Origin: an uncultured Acidobacteriota bacterium
Lineage (GTDB): Bacteria; Acidobacteriota; UBA6911
Length of the DNA: 64,000 nucleotides
NCBI GenBank assembly: GCA_963827655.1
Contig: CAWHCF010000013.1
Location: forward strand, 32,001 to 96,000
Reading direction: 5' to 3'
The notes under the pieces were generated by a model. It searched no databases, was not told the DNA's origin, and worked only from the letters and a program-made list of their open reading frames with translations. Made by a program: the position numbers and the translations under genes. Positions 1 to 9,633 of this stretch are shown one piece after another; position 1 is the stretch's first letter, and the number at the start of each line of letters is the position of its first letter.

Positions 1-1
1 C

Positions 2-811
2 GGCTGTCCTTACCGTTGTATCTACTGCCATGACCTCTTCGGGAAGAAGTTCCGCGGACGAAAACCCGAACTGGTCTGGGAGGAAATCAAGTTCTTGCAT
101 GATACCTACGGGATTCGCGAGTTCATGGTCGAGGACGACATATTCAACATGGACCTTGACCGCGCGAAGCGCATTTGCGATCTCGTGATCGATAGCGGGC
201 TGAAACTCGGCTTTCAGTTCGGCAATGGCGTCCGCCTGGAGCGTTTCGATGAAGAACTGATGCAGAAGCTGGGTCGGGCCGGCACCCATCACATGGCGAT
301 CGCGATCGAGTCGGCGAACGACCGAATCCAGAAACTGATCAAAAAGCACTTAAAGCTCGAGCGTTTCAATGAGGTTCTCGGATGGGCCCGGAAAAACGAT
401 ATCGAGACTTTGGGCTTTTTCATGCTCGGCTTTCCTGGCGAGACCGTGGCTGAAATCAATCAGACAATAAAGTTTGCTTGTGGATCATACTTTGACGAGG
501 CTCTCTTCTCGATAGCGACACCATACGCCGGTACCGAACTCAACGACCTGGTGCGTGCCACCGGTTCCTACGAAGGGAACGACATTCATGAAGAATGGGA
601 AGGGGTCGTCAAAGTCAAATCGGAAGAGTGGGATTTCAAGAAACTGCGATGGCTTCAACGCAAGGCCTACTTCCTGTTCTTCCTCACCCGGTTCCGCTTC
701 GTGAAGATCCTCCTCAAAATGAAGAGTCCTAAGATGTTCCGCAGGTACTGGGCCGCTTTCACCCGCAACTTCATGCCTTTTTGGGAAGCTCAAAGATCCC
801 GAATCAATTAG
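2..811 (+). CDS. Radical SAM protein, probably of the B12-binding class (5' truncated by the window)
   Basis: The frame from base 2 reads GCPYRCIYC (CxxxCxxC) and runs into ORF 95..811, which has EDDIF, AIESA, FMLGFPGET and TPYAGTEL motifs. Confidence 0.85.
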   Translation, partial: GCPYRCIYCHDLFGKKFRGRKPELVWEEIKFLHDTYGIREFMVEDDIFNMDLDRAKRICDLVIDSGLKLGFQFGNGVRLERFDEELMQKLGRAGTHHMAIAIESANDRIQKLIKKHLKLERFNEVLGWARKNDIETLGFFMLGFPGETVAEINQTIKFACGSYFDEALFSIATPYAGTELNDLVRATGSYEGNDIHEEWEGVVKVKSEEWDFKKLRWLQRKAYFLFFLTRFRFVKILLKMKSPKMFRRYWAAFTRNFMPFWEAQRSRIN

Positions 812-938
812 TCATTCCCCCGGACAGTAAGTTCGCGTTTCAGTCCGAAATGCCCCCGTCTCTGAGTCTCGTCTTAATGTTTTTAGAAATAAAGGTTTAC
901 GACTAAGTCTGCAAACGCAAAGAACCTAAAGTTATCGT

Positions 939-968
939 TTGACACAGGCTTTGGTGCGAAAGTAATAT
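939..968 (+). promoter_or_regulatory. Putative sigma70 promoter of the cold-shock gene
   Basis: TTGACA (939-944), 18-nt spacer, TAATAT (963-968), about 150 nt upstream of the csp start. Confidence 0.55.
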
Positions 969-1119
969 ACGGCCCTAACCTGTTTGTTATGTGGTCTGTA
1001 AGGCCGGAGCTCGAAGGACGACCGCCGCAGAACCCCGGGTTCGCGGCATCCCCTGGTTGGCAAGGCCGCCGAGAAGCACAAACTGAATCGAATTCGAAAA
1101 CCGAAGGAGCAAGGTTCCC

Positions 1120-1329
1120 ATGGAAAAAGAAATTGGGAAAGTTAAGTGGTTCAACAACGCGAAGGGTTATGGCTTTATCGAGCGTTCGACTGGCGGGGAT
1201 GTTTTCGTGCATCATTCTGCCATCGAGATGAGTGGATTTCGGACTTTAACGGAAGGGGATACGGTCGCCTTCAACGTTACCCGCGGTCCAAAAGGGCTCC
1301 AGGCCGAGAATGTTACCAAGCCTGATTAA
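1120..1329 (+). CDS. csp: Cold-shock protein (CspA family)
   Basis: GKVKWFNNAKGYGFI (RNP1) and DVFVHHSAI (RNP2); 69 aa; AAGGAG upstream. Confidence 0.97.
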   Translation: MEKEIGKVKWFNNAKGYGFIERSTGGDVFVHHSAIEMSGFRTLTEGDTVAFNVTRGPKGLQAENVTKPD

Positions 1330-1341
1330 TCGGGCGTAATG

Positions 1342-1383
1342 AAGCCCCTCCGGGCACGAAGGCCCGGAGGGGCTTTTTCTTTT
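1342..1383 (+). terminator. Rho-independent terminator
   Basis: Stem AAGCCCCTCCGGGC / GCCCGGAGGGGCTT followed by a T-rich tail, just after the csp stop. Confidence 0.9.
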
Positions 1384-1395
1384 GAGGATGCTTCT

Positions 1396-2109
1396 ATGGA
1401 AAAGAGGTTCTGGACAACGGCAATGATTGCCGCCATGACGATGGCGGTGTTTGCTGAAGGTTTGGCGGGCTTCTTGAGTGCTTCGCTCAGAACAGGCCCA
1501 CAGGCGCCGGCTGGGGAGGAGGGCTTCAAGCCTCTCTTTAACGGCAAGAACCTTGACGGATGGGTTTACGGGCGCCGGAAGGGGGAGGAAAACAAGCAAG
1601 GGCGCGGCTACCAGGTCGAGAACGGCATCCTGTTCTGTACCAAGGACGATGGCGGCAACCTGTACACCGCAGAGGAATACAGCGATTTTGTGTTCCGTTT
1701 TGACTTCAAGCTCGAGCCGAACTCCAACAATGGCGTGGGTATTCGAGCCCCCCTGGATGGAGACGCGGCCTACGCCGGAATCGAGATCCAGATTCTAGAT
1801 GACAGCGGTTCGCAATACACGAGTCTGCGCCCGGCCCAGTATCACGGCTCAATCTACGACGTCATTCCAGCTACGCGGGGCTCGTTGAAACCAGTCGGAG
1901 AGTGGAATTCCGAAGAGATTACGGCTCGCGGCCGGCAGGTCACGGTGAAGCTCAATGGGAATACGATCGTCGACGCAAACCTGGACCAGGTCAAGGACGA
2001 CGCAGCCCTGAAGAAGCATCCTGGCTTGGCCCGGAAAAGCGGACACCTCGGATTCCTCGGACACGGAGCTCGCGTGGAATTCCGGAACATTCGGGTCAAG
2101 AGACTCTGA
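1396..2109 (+). CDS. DUF1080 (3-keto-disaccharide hydrolase-like) secreted protein
   Basis: Signal peptide; LFNGKNLDGW, NSNNGV, EIQILD, GEWN and VEFRNIRVK motifs; ATG 1396 follows GAGG. Confidence 0.9.
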   Translation: MEKRFWTTAMIAAMTMAVFAEGLAGFLSASLRTGPQAPAGEEGFKPLFNGKNLDGWVYGRRKGEENKQGRGYQVENGILFCTKDDGGNLYTAEEYSDFVFRFDFKLEPNSNNGVGIRAPLDGDAAYAGIEIQILDDSGSQYTSLRPAQYHGSIYDVIPATRGSLKPVGEWNSEEITARGRQVTVKLNGNTIVDANLDQVKDDAALKKHPGLARKSGHLGFLGHGARVEFRNIRVKRL

Positions 2110-2159
2110 GACTTCTTGGTCGTTTCTTCGTGTGTACTTTGGTGTCTCCGTGGTATTTG

Positions 2160-3165
2160 TTAAAGGGTTTTCCGGAGGTAGTTGCACATGGCATAACCGA
2201 GGACGATGTTGAAAGGAAACTCTCCCGAGGTGTAATGACCGCAGCGTAATTCCAGCGTCGAATGGGGGAGTTGAAGCTCTTTGTACTCTTGAAGCACCTG
2301 CTGCGAAAGCTGGGGCAAGAAAGAATAGTCGTAACGCGCGTGGATCAAGAGCGAGTTTTTTCCGGTTCCCACGAGCTTCCTCAAGTAGGCTCTGGGACTG
2401 TTCGGCATCCAGATCTCCCGCAGGTCGTTCAGTGTGATGTTTCCTTCCAGGCCCGCGCGCACGTGACGGGTCGAGATCCCGCTCCACACAACGTCCGCAA
2501 AATAGGGCGAGATATGGTTTTGGACGCTGATTCTCAAGCGGTCTTCGTGCGCCATCGTGATCAAGGCGATACAGGAGCCCAGGCTGGTTCCGAGGATGGC
2601 GAACTTCTCGTACCCCTTCTGTTCCAGCCAATCCAGAGCGGCGCGGCAGTCTATGACCGCCTGCCGAACCGCATGGAGTGTGCGGCCCAGGTTAGGCGAG
2701 AGCATGTACTCGGCCCGCACCAGCTCCTCGGGCATCCTCAGGTCGTGGTAGGGCATGCTCAGGCGCAGAGCGGAAAGACCGAAGCGATTCAACATCCGGC
2801 ACAGAGCCATGTGACCCCGGCCGTCCGAATTCCACTGCGGCAGGACGAGCACGACCCGTCCCCGGGAACTGACCGGGAAGTACCATCCATGGACTTTGTT
2901 GTTCCTGGGGTAGATGGTTGGCAGGGGACTGGTGAAGCTGAGGTGCTGTCCCTCGAGGCGATAATCGTCCACCGGTTTGTAAGAGTGATAGGCGTCACTG
3001 TTGAGAATTGCCTCGCGGGCGTAATCGAGCAGGTAATCCTTCGCGTCGTGAACAGGAATACCATTCTGGACAAACTCCAGTCCCCATTCGAAGGGCCGCA
3101 CGGTTCGTCTTCGTATCCCTGCGTGACAGGCGTGACTCCCAGCGGTGAAAGAGACGTGCCATCAT
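2160..3165 (-). CDS. Alpha/beta hydrolase (ABHD18-like), apparent frameshift near 3105
   Basis: GTSLG nucleophile elbow and CGHY His. The N-terminus MMARLFHRWESRL lies in another frame and starts at an ATGA overlap with the thiO stop. Confidence 0.8.
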
Positions 3166-4316
3166 AGCGTCAGCGTCTCTGCATCTTCGTGTTTGGTGTT
3201 TGCCTGACAAAAGCGCGCGGGAGAAAACTGATCGAGAGGTATCGTGCTTCGCTGCTCGATGGCTAACTCGGCTATGATCTTCCCGGTCAGGGCGCTCAAG
3301 AGGATCCCGTTACGGAAATGCCCGGTAGCGTGGATGAGTCCTTTCCAGGCCGGATCGATCCCCAGGATCGGCAGCGAATCTGGCGTTCCTGGGCGCAGTC
3401 CCGCCCACATGCGTGAGAAGGTAGCCGATTTGAGATCCGGGCAGAGATCGAGCGCTCCCCGAGTCAGCTTTTGAATGGCGTCGGCTGTATTGCGTTTGTC
3501 ATAGCCGACTCTCTCGATTGTGGCTCCGACCAGCAACTGGCCGTTGTTTCTTGGGACCAGGTAGCAGTCCTTCGAACATATAAGGCGTCTGACGAGCGGA
3601 GTCTCCGTGGTAAGAGAGAGCATTTGGCCGCGTACGGGAATGACGGGCAAACGACTTTCCGGCGAAGGACTCAGGCGAGAAGCCCAGGCGCCGGAACAGT
3701 TGATGACTCGTGCGGCATGAATCTCACTGCGTGAAGTCCGCGCTCCATAAACGGTGTCGCCTCGGACCAGAAGACGGTCTATTTCCTCGTGCGTGCGTAG
3801 CTCGACGCCGCCGAGGTTGGCGGCCTGAGCGAGCGCGCGCGTATAGCCGGCGTTGTCCAGATGAGCCGGATCGGGAGAATACAGCGCAGGCTCCGGAAAC
3901 CATGTGACATGCGGCTCTAGTTCCAGTACTTCCTGCCGGCTGAGCATGCGAGTGCTCGGGCCGGCATTCTGGTTTTGCTGTTGGATGTGGAAAGCTTCTT
4001 CCTCGGACATCGGAATGTAGAGGCAGCCATCGTGGTGCCACTCGATTGGGACGCCGGTGCGCTCGCGCAGTTCTTCCAGGTAATCGGGAAACAGCGAGCG
4101 GGCCTGAAGGCAAAGGCGGGCGAAACCATCGTCTCCGTCGGAGTCTAGCAGCGGCGACAGCATTCCGGCCGCAGCGGAGGAAGCTTCCTGGCCGATCTCT
4201 CCACGTTCCACGAGGATGGCGGTCGCACGCGCTTTTGACAATTCGTAAGCGACCGCGCAGCCGATCACTCCTCCGCCAATCACCAGGAAGTCAGTGGTTT
4301 CAGTCATATGCTTCAA
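3162..4316 (-). CDS. thiO: Glycine oxidase / FAD-dependent DAO family
   Basis: VIGGGVIG, ASSAAAGML, PVRGQ, WAGLRP and GHFRNGILL motifs. Confidence 0.85.
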   Translation of the reverse strand: MKHMTETTDFLVIGGGVIGCAVAYELSKARATAILVERGEIGQEASSAAAGMLSPLLDSDGDDGFARLCLQARSLFPDYLEELRERTGVPIEWHHDGCLYIPMSEEEAFHIQQQNQNAGPSTRMLSRQEVLELEPHVTWFPEPALYSPDPAHLDNAGYTRALAQAANLGGVELRTHEEIDRLLVRGDTVYGARTSRSEIHAARVINCSGAWASRLSPSPESRLPVIPVRGQMLSLTTETPLVRRLICSKDCYLVPRNNGQLLVGATIERVGYDKRNTADAIQKLTRGALDLCPDLKSATFSRMWAGLRPGTPDSLPILGIDPAWKGLIHATGHFRNGILLSALTGKIIAELAIEQRSTIPLDQFSPARFCQANTKHEDAETLTL

Positions 4317-4343
4317 CCGTGAAGACGCAAAGAAACCCTGCTG

Positions 4344-4511
4344 CTAGAACTCGGAGCAGCTCATGAAGTAGCCACATTCGCAGACAAGCTTGCATTTGTG
4401 CGGTTGAAGGATTCGACCGCATTGAGGGCAGTACTCTTTGTCGTCATCGACCGCGGCGTCAGATCCCTTCCGCTCACGTTCCACTTTATCCACGGATTCC
4501 TTGGTTTCCAT
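4344..4511 (-). CDS. Small zinc-finger-like protein (55 aa; alternative GTG start at 4493), absent from the ORF track
   Basis: Manual translation METKESVDKVERERKGSDAAVDDDKEYCPQCGRILQPHKCKLVCECGYFMSCSEF*; co-oriented with its neighbours. Confidence 0.8.
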   Translation of the reverse strand: METKESVDKVERERKGSDAAVDDDKEYCPQCGRILQPHKCKLVCECGYFMSCSEF

Positions 4512-4556
4512 CAGGAGTCTTTGCGTCTTGGAGCCTTCGCGGTGAAGCAGATCGAC

Positions 4557-5213
4557 CTACCCCTCCGCCTTACCGATCAGGACCACGGCGAATGGGAAAT
4601 CGACTTCGGTGCCGCCGCCGGAAGGCTGCGCCTTGGTCTTGCCCTCCAGGGCCCAGTGCCCCCCCTCGCCCACCTGCTTGAAGCTGGGGCTTCCCGCTCC
4701 GGTCGGTTGTGCAAGATACAAGGGATGAGGATGGTTCGTTCCCGAAGCTTGTTTGCTCAGTTTAATCAGCTCCTCGTAGCCAACTTGAGCCGCAGGATCT
4801 TTGTCGGCGCTGGCCGGCGCCAGCAAGAAGAATTCCGGAGAGGGAGCCATCCCCTGGTGATTGCCGTCCGATGGAATGGTCTGGAACCGGAGCGTGTAGG
4901 CACCGGGCTTGATCGCCTGCCCGCGAAAATCTCCGCCCTTTCCGGTAAAGATGATCACACCCACGAATGTGCCGTTGGCGATAGAACCATAGCCCGCGCC
5001 ACTCTTTTGAGGAATGGCTTTGCGCATCCACAGTTCGCACAAGGGCCCGGAATCGCCAACGACGCGGAGCCCCTGCGGTTGCAGTGTTGCCCGCATGGGT
5101 TCGGCGATTTCAGTGTTGGTGCAAGCGCCCGTGGTTTCTACTTTGTTAGCCGCCGTTGCCGCGAAACTGGCCAGTGAAAATAAGACCGACACGAAGAATC
5201 GTCTGCGATTCAT
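4557..5213 (-). CDS. Secreted hypothetical protein
   Basis: Signal-like N-terminus (MNRRRFF plus hydrophobic stretch); GGAGG RBS; conserved-looking DFRGQAIKPG and DGNHQG segments. Confidence 0.75.
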   Translation of the reverse strand: MNRRRFFVSVLFSLASFAATAANKVETTGACTNTEIAEPMRATLQPQGLRVVGDSGPLCELWMRKAIPQKSGAGYGSIANGTFVGVIIFTGKGGDFRGQAIKPGAYTLRFQTIPSDGNHQGMAPSPEFFLLAPASADKDPAAQVGYEELIKLSKQASGTNHPHPLYLAQPTGAGSPSFKQVGEGGHWALEGKTKAQPSGGGTEVDFPFAVVLIGKAEG

Positions 5214-5370
5214 GCGTACCTCCCTGGAATCAAAACTGTACGGAAGGATACAGCGAGAGAGGAGAGAGTTTCAAACAAACTACGCAAGCTTGGCGCCTTC
5301 GGGCCCTCGCGGTAATGCATTGGCGCAAACCACGAAGGCCAGAAGGCGCGAAGAATCAATGCGGAAGCGC

Positions 5371-6039
5371 TTAACGGGAGAACGTTCCAACAAACGCGCT
5401 GCGTTTGTCGTTGATCCGCCACTCGAGCCCGAGACCCGAACCGCGATACTCCTCGGACAGGGTGTACGCCGGCATGGCGTGTGAGAGCTCCGTGAGTGGA
5501 GGATAATAGGTAGATTCGTTACCGCACAGGTGATCCTTATCCCCAATGGCTCGCGTCTGGATTCGGGCCAGATTCCCCGCTTGGAGGACCACAGAGCCAT
5601 GTTTGCTCGCCTCGCCGACCTCGAGCGAGATGGGCGCCGACTGAACCAAAACTACGTTCTCCAGAAGACGGCCACCCATTGCCTTGGCAAATTCGACCAG
5701 GGCACATTTCTGATCCTCGTTAGCTTTCTCGTCGACGATGAGAACCGATTTCGCAGGATACGGATTGTTGAAAGGATCGCCCAGCGTCGCGGAGGCTTTC
5801 GCCACGGCAACAATCGCCAGGCCATCCAGCGGCACTCCCTTCCAGTCTCCAGTGCGAATCCGCCACCCAAGGGTTGCCTGGGTTCCCGTCAACCCCACCT
5901 CGGCATTAGCGAAGCAATGCCCGGTATAGACATCGGCGTTCCGCGTCTCGACATAATCCCCGGAGATTTGCCCTGCGAAGGCAGGGGCGGCAAGCAACAG
6001 AGCGGCCGCACAAAGTGACACAAGCTTTAATCGATGCAT
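5371..6039 (-). CDS. DUF1326-like secreted protein
   Basis: Signal peptide; GDYVETRNADVYTGHCFAN and HLCGNE motifs; GAGGAGG RBS. Confidence 0.75.
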   Translation of the reverse strand: MHRLKLVSLCAAALLLAAPAFAGQISGDYVETRNADVYTGHCFANAEVGLTGTQATLGWRIRTGDWKGVPLDGLAIVAVAKASATLGDPFNNPYPAKSVLIVDEKANEDQKCALVEFAKAMGGRLLENVVLVQSAPISLEVGEASKHGSVVLQAGNLARIQTRAIGDKDHLCGNESTYYPPLTELSHAMPAYTLSEEYRGSGLGLEWRINDKRSAFVGTFSR

Positions 6040-6265
6040 TTGGTTTCCTCCTCAGTCCGGTTTACCAGGTTCCCGGTCCCCTTCTTTTATAGCCCCCCAA
6101 TAATACCTCTGTCATTGCCGCTTGTCGATGGTCGATTACAGGAAAATCTCTTCTTGATTGGCGCGCGCGGACTTCTTTGCAACAACGGCCCAAGCCACGC
6201 CTTCTTACGTCCCCACGCCAGACGCTTGAAGCGAAGGAAAGGAGCTGGCTCAGGCTGAGCTTGCC

Positions 6266-6496
6266 TCAAGTGAATTTGATCCGTGTCAGCTCGTCGTAAC
6301 AAGAGCGACTCGGGCTGCAAGTGTCGGGCGACGCCAGCTGCCCGTCAGGGCCGAGGCATACCTGGGTCTCGGAGCACCAGAAACTCCCATCGTTGGACGG
6401 TGGCACCGTGGGATCGCTATCGGCCTCGATGAACATCGCTTTCCAGCGCAAGAGACGGCAGACTTCATGCTCCAAGTTGCTGTAAGGTTTATCCAT
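6266..6496 (-). CDS. Small Cys-rich protein directly downstream of the molybdoenzyme operon
   Basis: 76 aa with 5 Cys (CRLLRWK...FWCSETQVCLGPDG...CSPSRSCY); starts 2 nt after the FAD-subunit stop with an AAGGAG RBS. Confidence 0.75.
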   Translation of the reverse strand: MDKPYSNLEHEVCRLLRWKAMFIEADSDPTVPPSNDGSFWCSETQVCLGPDGQLASPDTCSPSRSCYDELTRIKFT

Positions 6497-6498
6497 GG

Positions 6499-7485
6499 TT
6501 AGGCTCCTTGGGCTGCGCGAAGAATCGCTCGTTTCACCGCGACTCGTGCCAGTTGAATCTTGTATGCGTTTTGACTGAGGCTCTTTGCGCCCGAGACCGC
6601 GGCTGAGCCGGCGTCCTGGGCCACCTGATCCGAAATGGTCTTTCCGGTCAGAAACTTCTCAGCATCGCTGGAGGGCCAGGGAACAGGCGCCACGTGTCCC
6701 ATGACGACCCGGGCTGCTGTCACCTTTTTTCCACTCAGCTTCAGGGCAACGCTCGCAGCCGCCAAGGGCCAGTCGAGTGCATCATGCTGGCGCACTTCGT
6801 AGGTCGCGCTTCGGCTGCCGGCTGCCGGTGGAACCAGGATTTCGGTTACGATCTCGTTGGATTGCAAGCGGAACTCGCGCTGATCGTTGCTCTTCGGCGT
6901 CACAAAGAACTGTTCCGCCGGAACGTCCCGCGGACCTTTGGCGCCGAACACTCGAATTTTGGCGCCGAGCGCGATAAGAGCCGGAGCCAGGCTCGAAGGA
7001 TTTACAAAATATGCGGGGCCGAAGTTCCCGAGGATGGCGTGATACTTGTTTTCCCCCTCCGTAACCAACGACTTGCCGCTGGAATCCTGTGCGAGCAGGC
7101 CCAGGCCGCTGCGGTAGTACCAGCAACGCGGCCGCTGGCAAAGGTCTCCCCCCACGGTCCCCAGGTTGCGGATTTGAGGACTGGTAACGCCCTCGGCAGC
7201 CTGGACTAGTGCAGGGTAGTCCTTCTTGACGGCTTCATGGTTCATCAACTCGTCCAGTGTAACCAGGGCGCCGATCCGAAGACCGGTGCCGGACGCGAAT
7301 TTCACTCCTTCGAGTTCCTTGATCTCCTTGATATTGACGATCCGCTTGGGCTCGGTGATGTGGTCCTTCATCAAGCTCAGCAGATCCATGCCCCCGGCGA
7401 GGACTTCGGTTTCCCCCCACTTGGCGCCGAGCAGGGCCACGGCTTGTTCTTTTGTGGTTGGACTTGCGTAATCAAAGGCGCGCAT
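6499..7485 (-). CDS. Xanthine dehydrogenase family FAD-binding subunit (PaoB/YagS-like)
   Basis: LAGGMDL, SPQIRNLGTVGG, QRPRCWYYR and NAYKI motifs. Confidence 0.92.
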   Translation of the reverse strand: MRAFDYASPTTKEQAVALLGAKWGETEVLAGGMDLLSLMKDHITEPKRIVNIKEIKELEGVKFASGTGLRIGALVTLDELMNHEAVKKDYPALVQAAEGVTSPQIRNLGTVGGDLCQRPRCWYYRSGLGLLAQDSSGKSLVTEGENKYHAILGNFGPAYFVNPSSLAPALIALGAKIRVFGAKGPRDVPAEQFFVTPKSNDQREFRLQSNEIVTEILVPPAAGSRSATYEVRQHDALDWPLAAASVALKLSGKKVTAARVVMGHVAPVPWPSSDAEKFLTGKTISDQVAQDAGSAAVSGAKSLSQNAYKIQLARVAVKRAILRAAQGA

Positions 7486-9629
7486 TAGGTCAGCCCTCCT
7501 TTCTTTTCCATTGCTGCAAGAACCCGGTCGGGAGTTAAGGGTAAAGACGGCACGCGAACGCCGAGGGCGTTGGCCACGGCATTCGAGATTGCAGCCCCGG
7601 GCGATATGACAGGGGGCTCGCCCAGCCCGATCACCCCGCGCGCGTCCTGCGCCGGACCCGTCATCATGTGGACGACCAGGTTGCCGATGTCGCCGATTCC
7701 TGCGAGCTTGTAGAACTCCATGTTGGGGTTCAAGGTCTTTCCGGTGAACTGGTCGTTGATTCTTTCTTCGTAAAGAGCATAGCTGACGCCCTGGATCAGG
7801 GCTCCGAAGGTCTGGCTCTCGGCAGTCTTGAGGGCAATGATGTAGCCGACGTCCTGGACTGCGACCATCTTCTCGATTTTCACAATCCCGGTTTCGGTAT
7901 CCACCGATACTTCTGCCATCTGCACGCCTGCTACGCCGCTGTCTGCGAGTTTCCCCTTCTCCGCGTCGGGCTGCTTGCCGATTACCGAGATCGGGTTCAC
8001 TCCCAGCTTTGCGCAGGCTTGCTTCCAGGCTACGCTCTTGGAGGGATCTCCTTTAACCTGAATCTTGCCGCCGACCGCTTCCAGATTGGCCGGATCGGCA
8101 TTGAGGGCGGGACCCACCTGCTTGAACAGAGCGTCCAGCGCATCCACTGCGGCGCGGCGGGTCGAGGAACTGACCCCGCCCACGGTCGTGCTTCCGCCGG
8201 AGCTTCCCGAACGCGGGTACTTGTTGTCGCCGATATTGACTTTAATGGCATCGAGCGGGAGACCCAGGGTATCCGCCGCCACAATCGCGATCACCGTTCG
8301 AGTGCCGGTTCCCAGGTCCTGCGAGCCCATTTCTACGGACACGGAACCGTCAGGGTTTATGGTCAGCTTGCAGTCGCTGTCGTGAGGCCGCCCTCCCCAG
8401 GTGTGAAGGGAGAGTCCGAGCCCACGTTTGATGTTGCCTTGCGTGGTATCGCCGCGCGGGTGCCACTTTTTCTTCCATTCGATGAGTTCCGCCGCCTTGA
8501 GCAACTCCTCTTTGTAGAGATCCTTGCGAGGTCCCAGCAGCGGCACATTCTTGAGGAACAGGTCCAGCGGATCCATCTTCAGCGCCGCTGCCAGGTCCTC
8601 CAGAGCCGCCATCGTCACAAAGGCAGCCTGAGGATGATTCGGAGCTCGCCAGGCCCTTTGCGCGCCCGTGTTGGTCGAAACGACGGTATGGTTCATGCGC
8701 TTGTTGGGTATTTCCCAGACATACGGGAAGGGGGGCATTCCGGCGCCACCCAGCCCTCCGGTACCCCAGGAGGTCGATTCCCACGCCGTAACGGTCCCAT
8801 CCTTTTTCGCCCCTATCTTGACCTTGGCGAAAGTGGATGGGCGCGTTCCCGCCACCATGAGCTCGGCGTCCCGCTCCAGCATGATCTTCACGGGTTTGCC
8901 GCCGGCGAGTTTCGACAGACGAGCGCCCTCGATGCCCCAGCGATCCGCCTGGAACTTGCTGCCGAAACCACCTCCCATATGGTCCATTTTCACGGAGACA
9001 TTGGTGACTGGAATCTTCAGAGGTTCCGCGAACTGCTGGGCGAGCGCGGAGACCGCCTGCGTGGATGGGAACACATGAAGCTTATCTTCGCCCTCCCACT
9101 CCGTGATCTGACCGTGGCTTTCCAGACAGCAATGGGCGATAACTGGACATGAGTACATTCCCTCGACCACGACCTCCGCTGCGGCCATGGCTTTGTCAAA
9201 CTCCGGAGTTACCTGTTCAGCCGCAGGTTTGAGACGGTCGCCGGCCTTGGAAAGGTCTTCTTCGCGCACCAGGTGGGGCAACTTCTCATATACCACCTTG
9301 ACGGCGCGGGCCGCGTCTTCGGCCAGACATTCTTCGCTGGCTGCCACCGCAACGATTTCGTCCCCCACCCACTGAATCTCGGTTCCGGGACCCTGGATGA
9401 CCTTGACGGCTGCGACACCCGGCATTTTTTCCGCCGCGGCGGTATCGATGCTCACGATCTTTGCGTGCGCGTGCGGGGAGCGAACGATCTTGCCGTAAAG
9501 CATTCCCGGCCGCTTGATATCGTACGTGTACTTGGCCTTGCCGCTAACTTTGTCGGGCCCGTCCAGACGTGAGATCCGCTTGCCCATCAGGGTTCTTTTC
9601 GAAGGTTCAGGCCAGTTGTAATCAGGCAT
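7485..9629 (-). CDS. Xanthine dehydrogenase family molybdopterin-binding subunit (PaoC/YagR-like)
   Basis: KVSGKAKY, GGGFGSK, WRAP, QDLGTGT, GGS and GLGEP motifs; ATG 9629 follows GGAGG. Confidence 0.93.
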   Translation of the reverse strand: MPDYNWPEPSKRTLMGKRISRLDGPDKVSGKAKYTYDIKRPGMLYGKIVRSPHAHAKIVSIDTAAAEKMPGVAAVKVIQGPGTEIQWVGDEIVAVAASEECLAEDAARAVKVVYEKLPHLVREEDLSKAGDRLKPAAEQVTPEFDKAMAAAEVVVEGMYSCPVIAHCCLESHGQITEWEGEDKLHVFPSTQAVSALAQQFAEPLKIPVTNVSVKMDHMGGGFGSKFQADRWGIEGARLSKLAGGKPVKIMLERDAELMVAGTRPSTFAKVKIGAKKDGTVTAWESTSWGTGGLGGAGMPPFPYVWEIPNKRMNHTVVSTNTGAQRAWRAPNHPQAAFVTMAALEDLAAALKMDPLDLFLKNVPLLGPRKDLYKEELLKAAELIEWKKKWHPRGDTTQGNIKRGLGLSLHTWGGRPHDSDCKLTINPDGSVSVEMGSQDLGTGTRTVIAIVAADTLGLPLDAIKVNIGDNKYPRSGSSGGSTTVGGVSSSTRRAAVDALDALFKQVGPALNADPANLEAVGGKIQVKGDPSKSVAWKQACAKLGVNPISVIGKQPDAEKGKLADSGVAGVQMAEVSVDTETGIVKIEKMVAVQDVGYIIALKTAESQTFGALIQGVSYALYEERINDQFTGKTLNPNMEFYKLAGIGDIGNLVVHMMTGPAQDARGVIGLGEPPVISPGAAISNAVANALGVRVPSLPLTPDRVLAAMEKKGGLT

Positions 9630-9633
9630 TGCT

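Noticed and set aside
4398-5177. 259-aa plus-strand ORF
   Set aside because: Overlaps two better-supported minus-strand genes and crosses a repeat element.
7668-9152. 494-aa plus-strand ORF
   Set aside because: Antisense shadow of the molybdopterin subunit.
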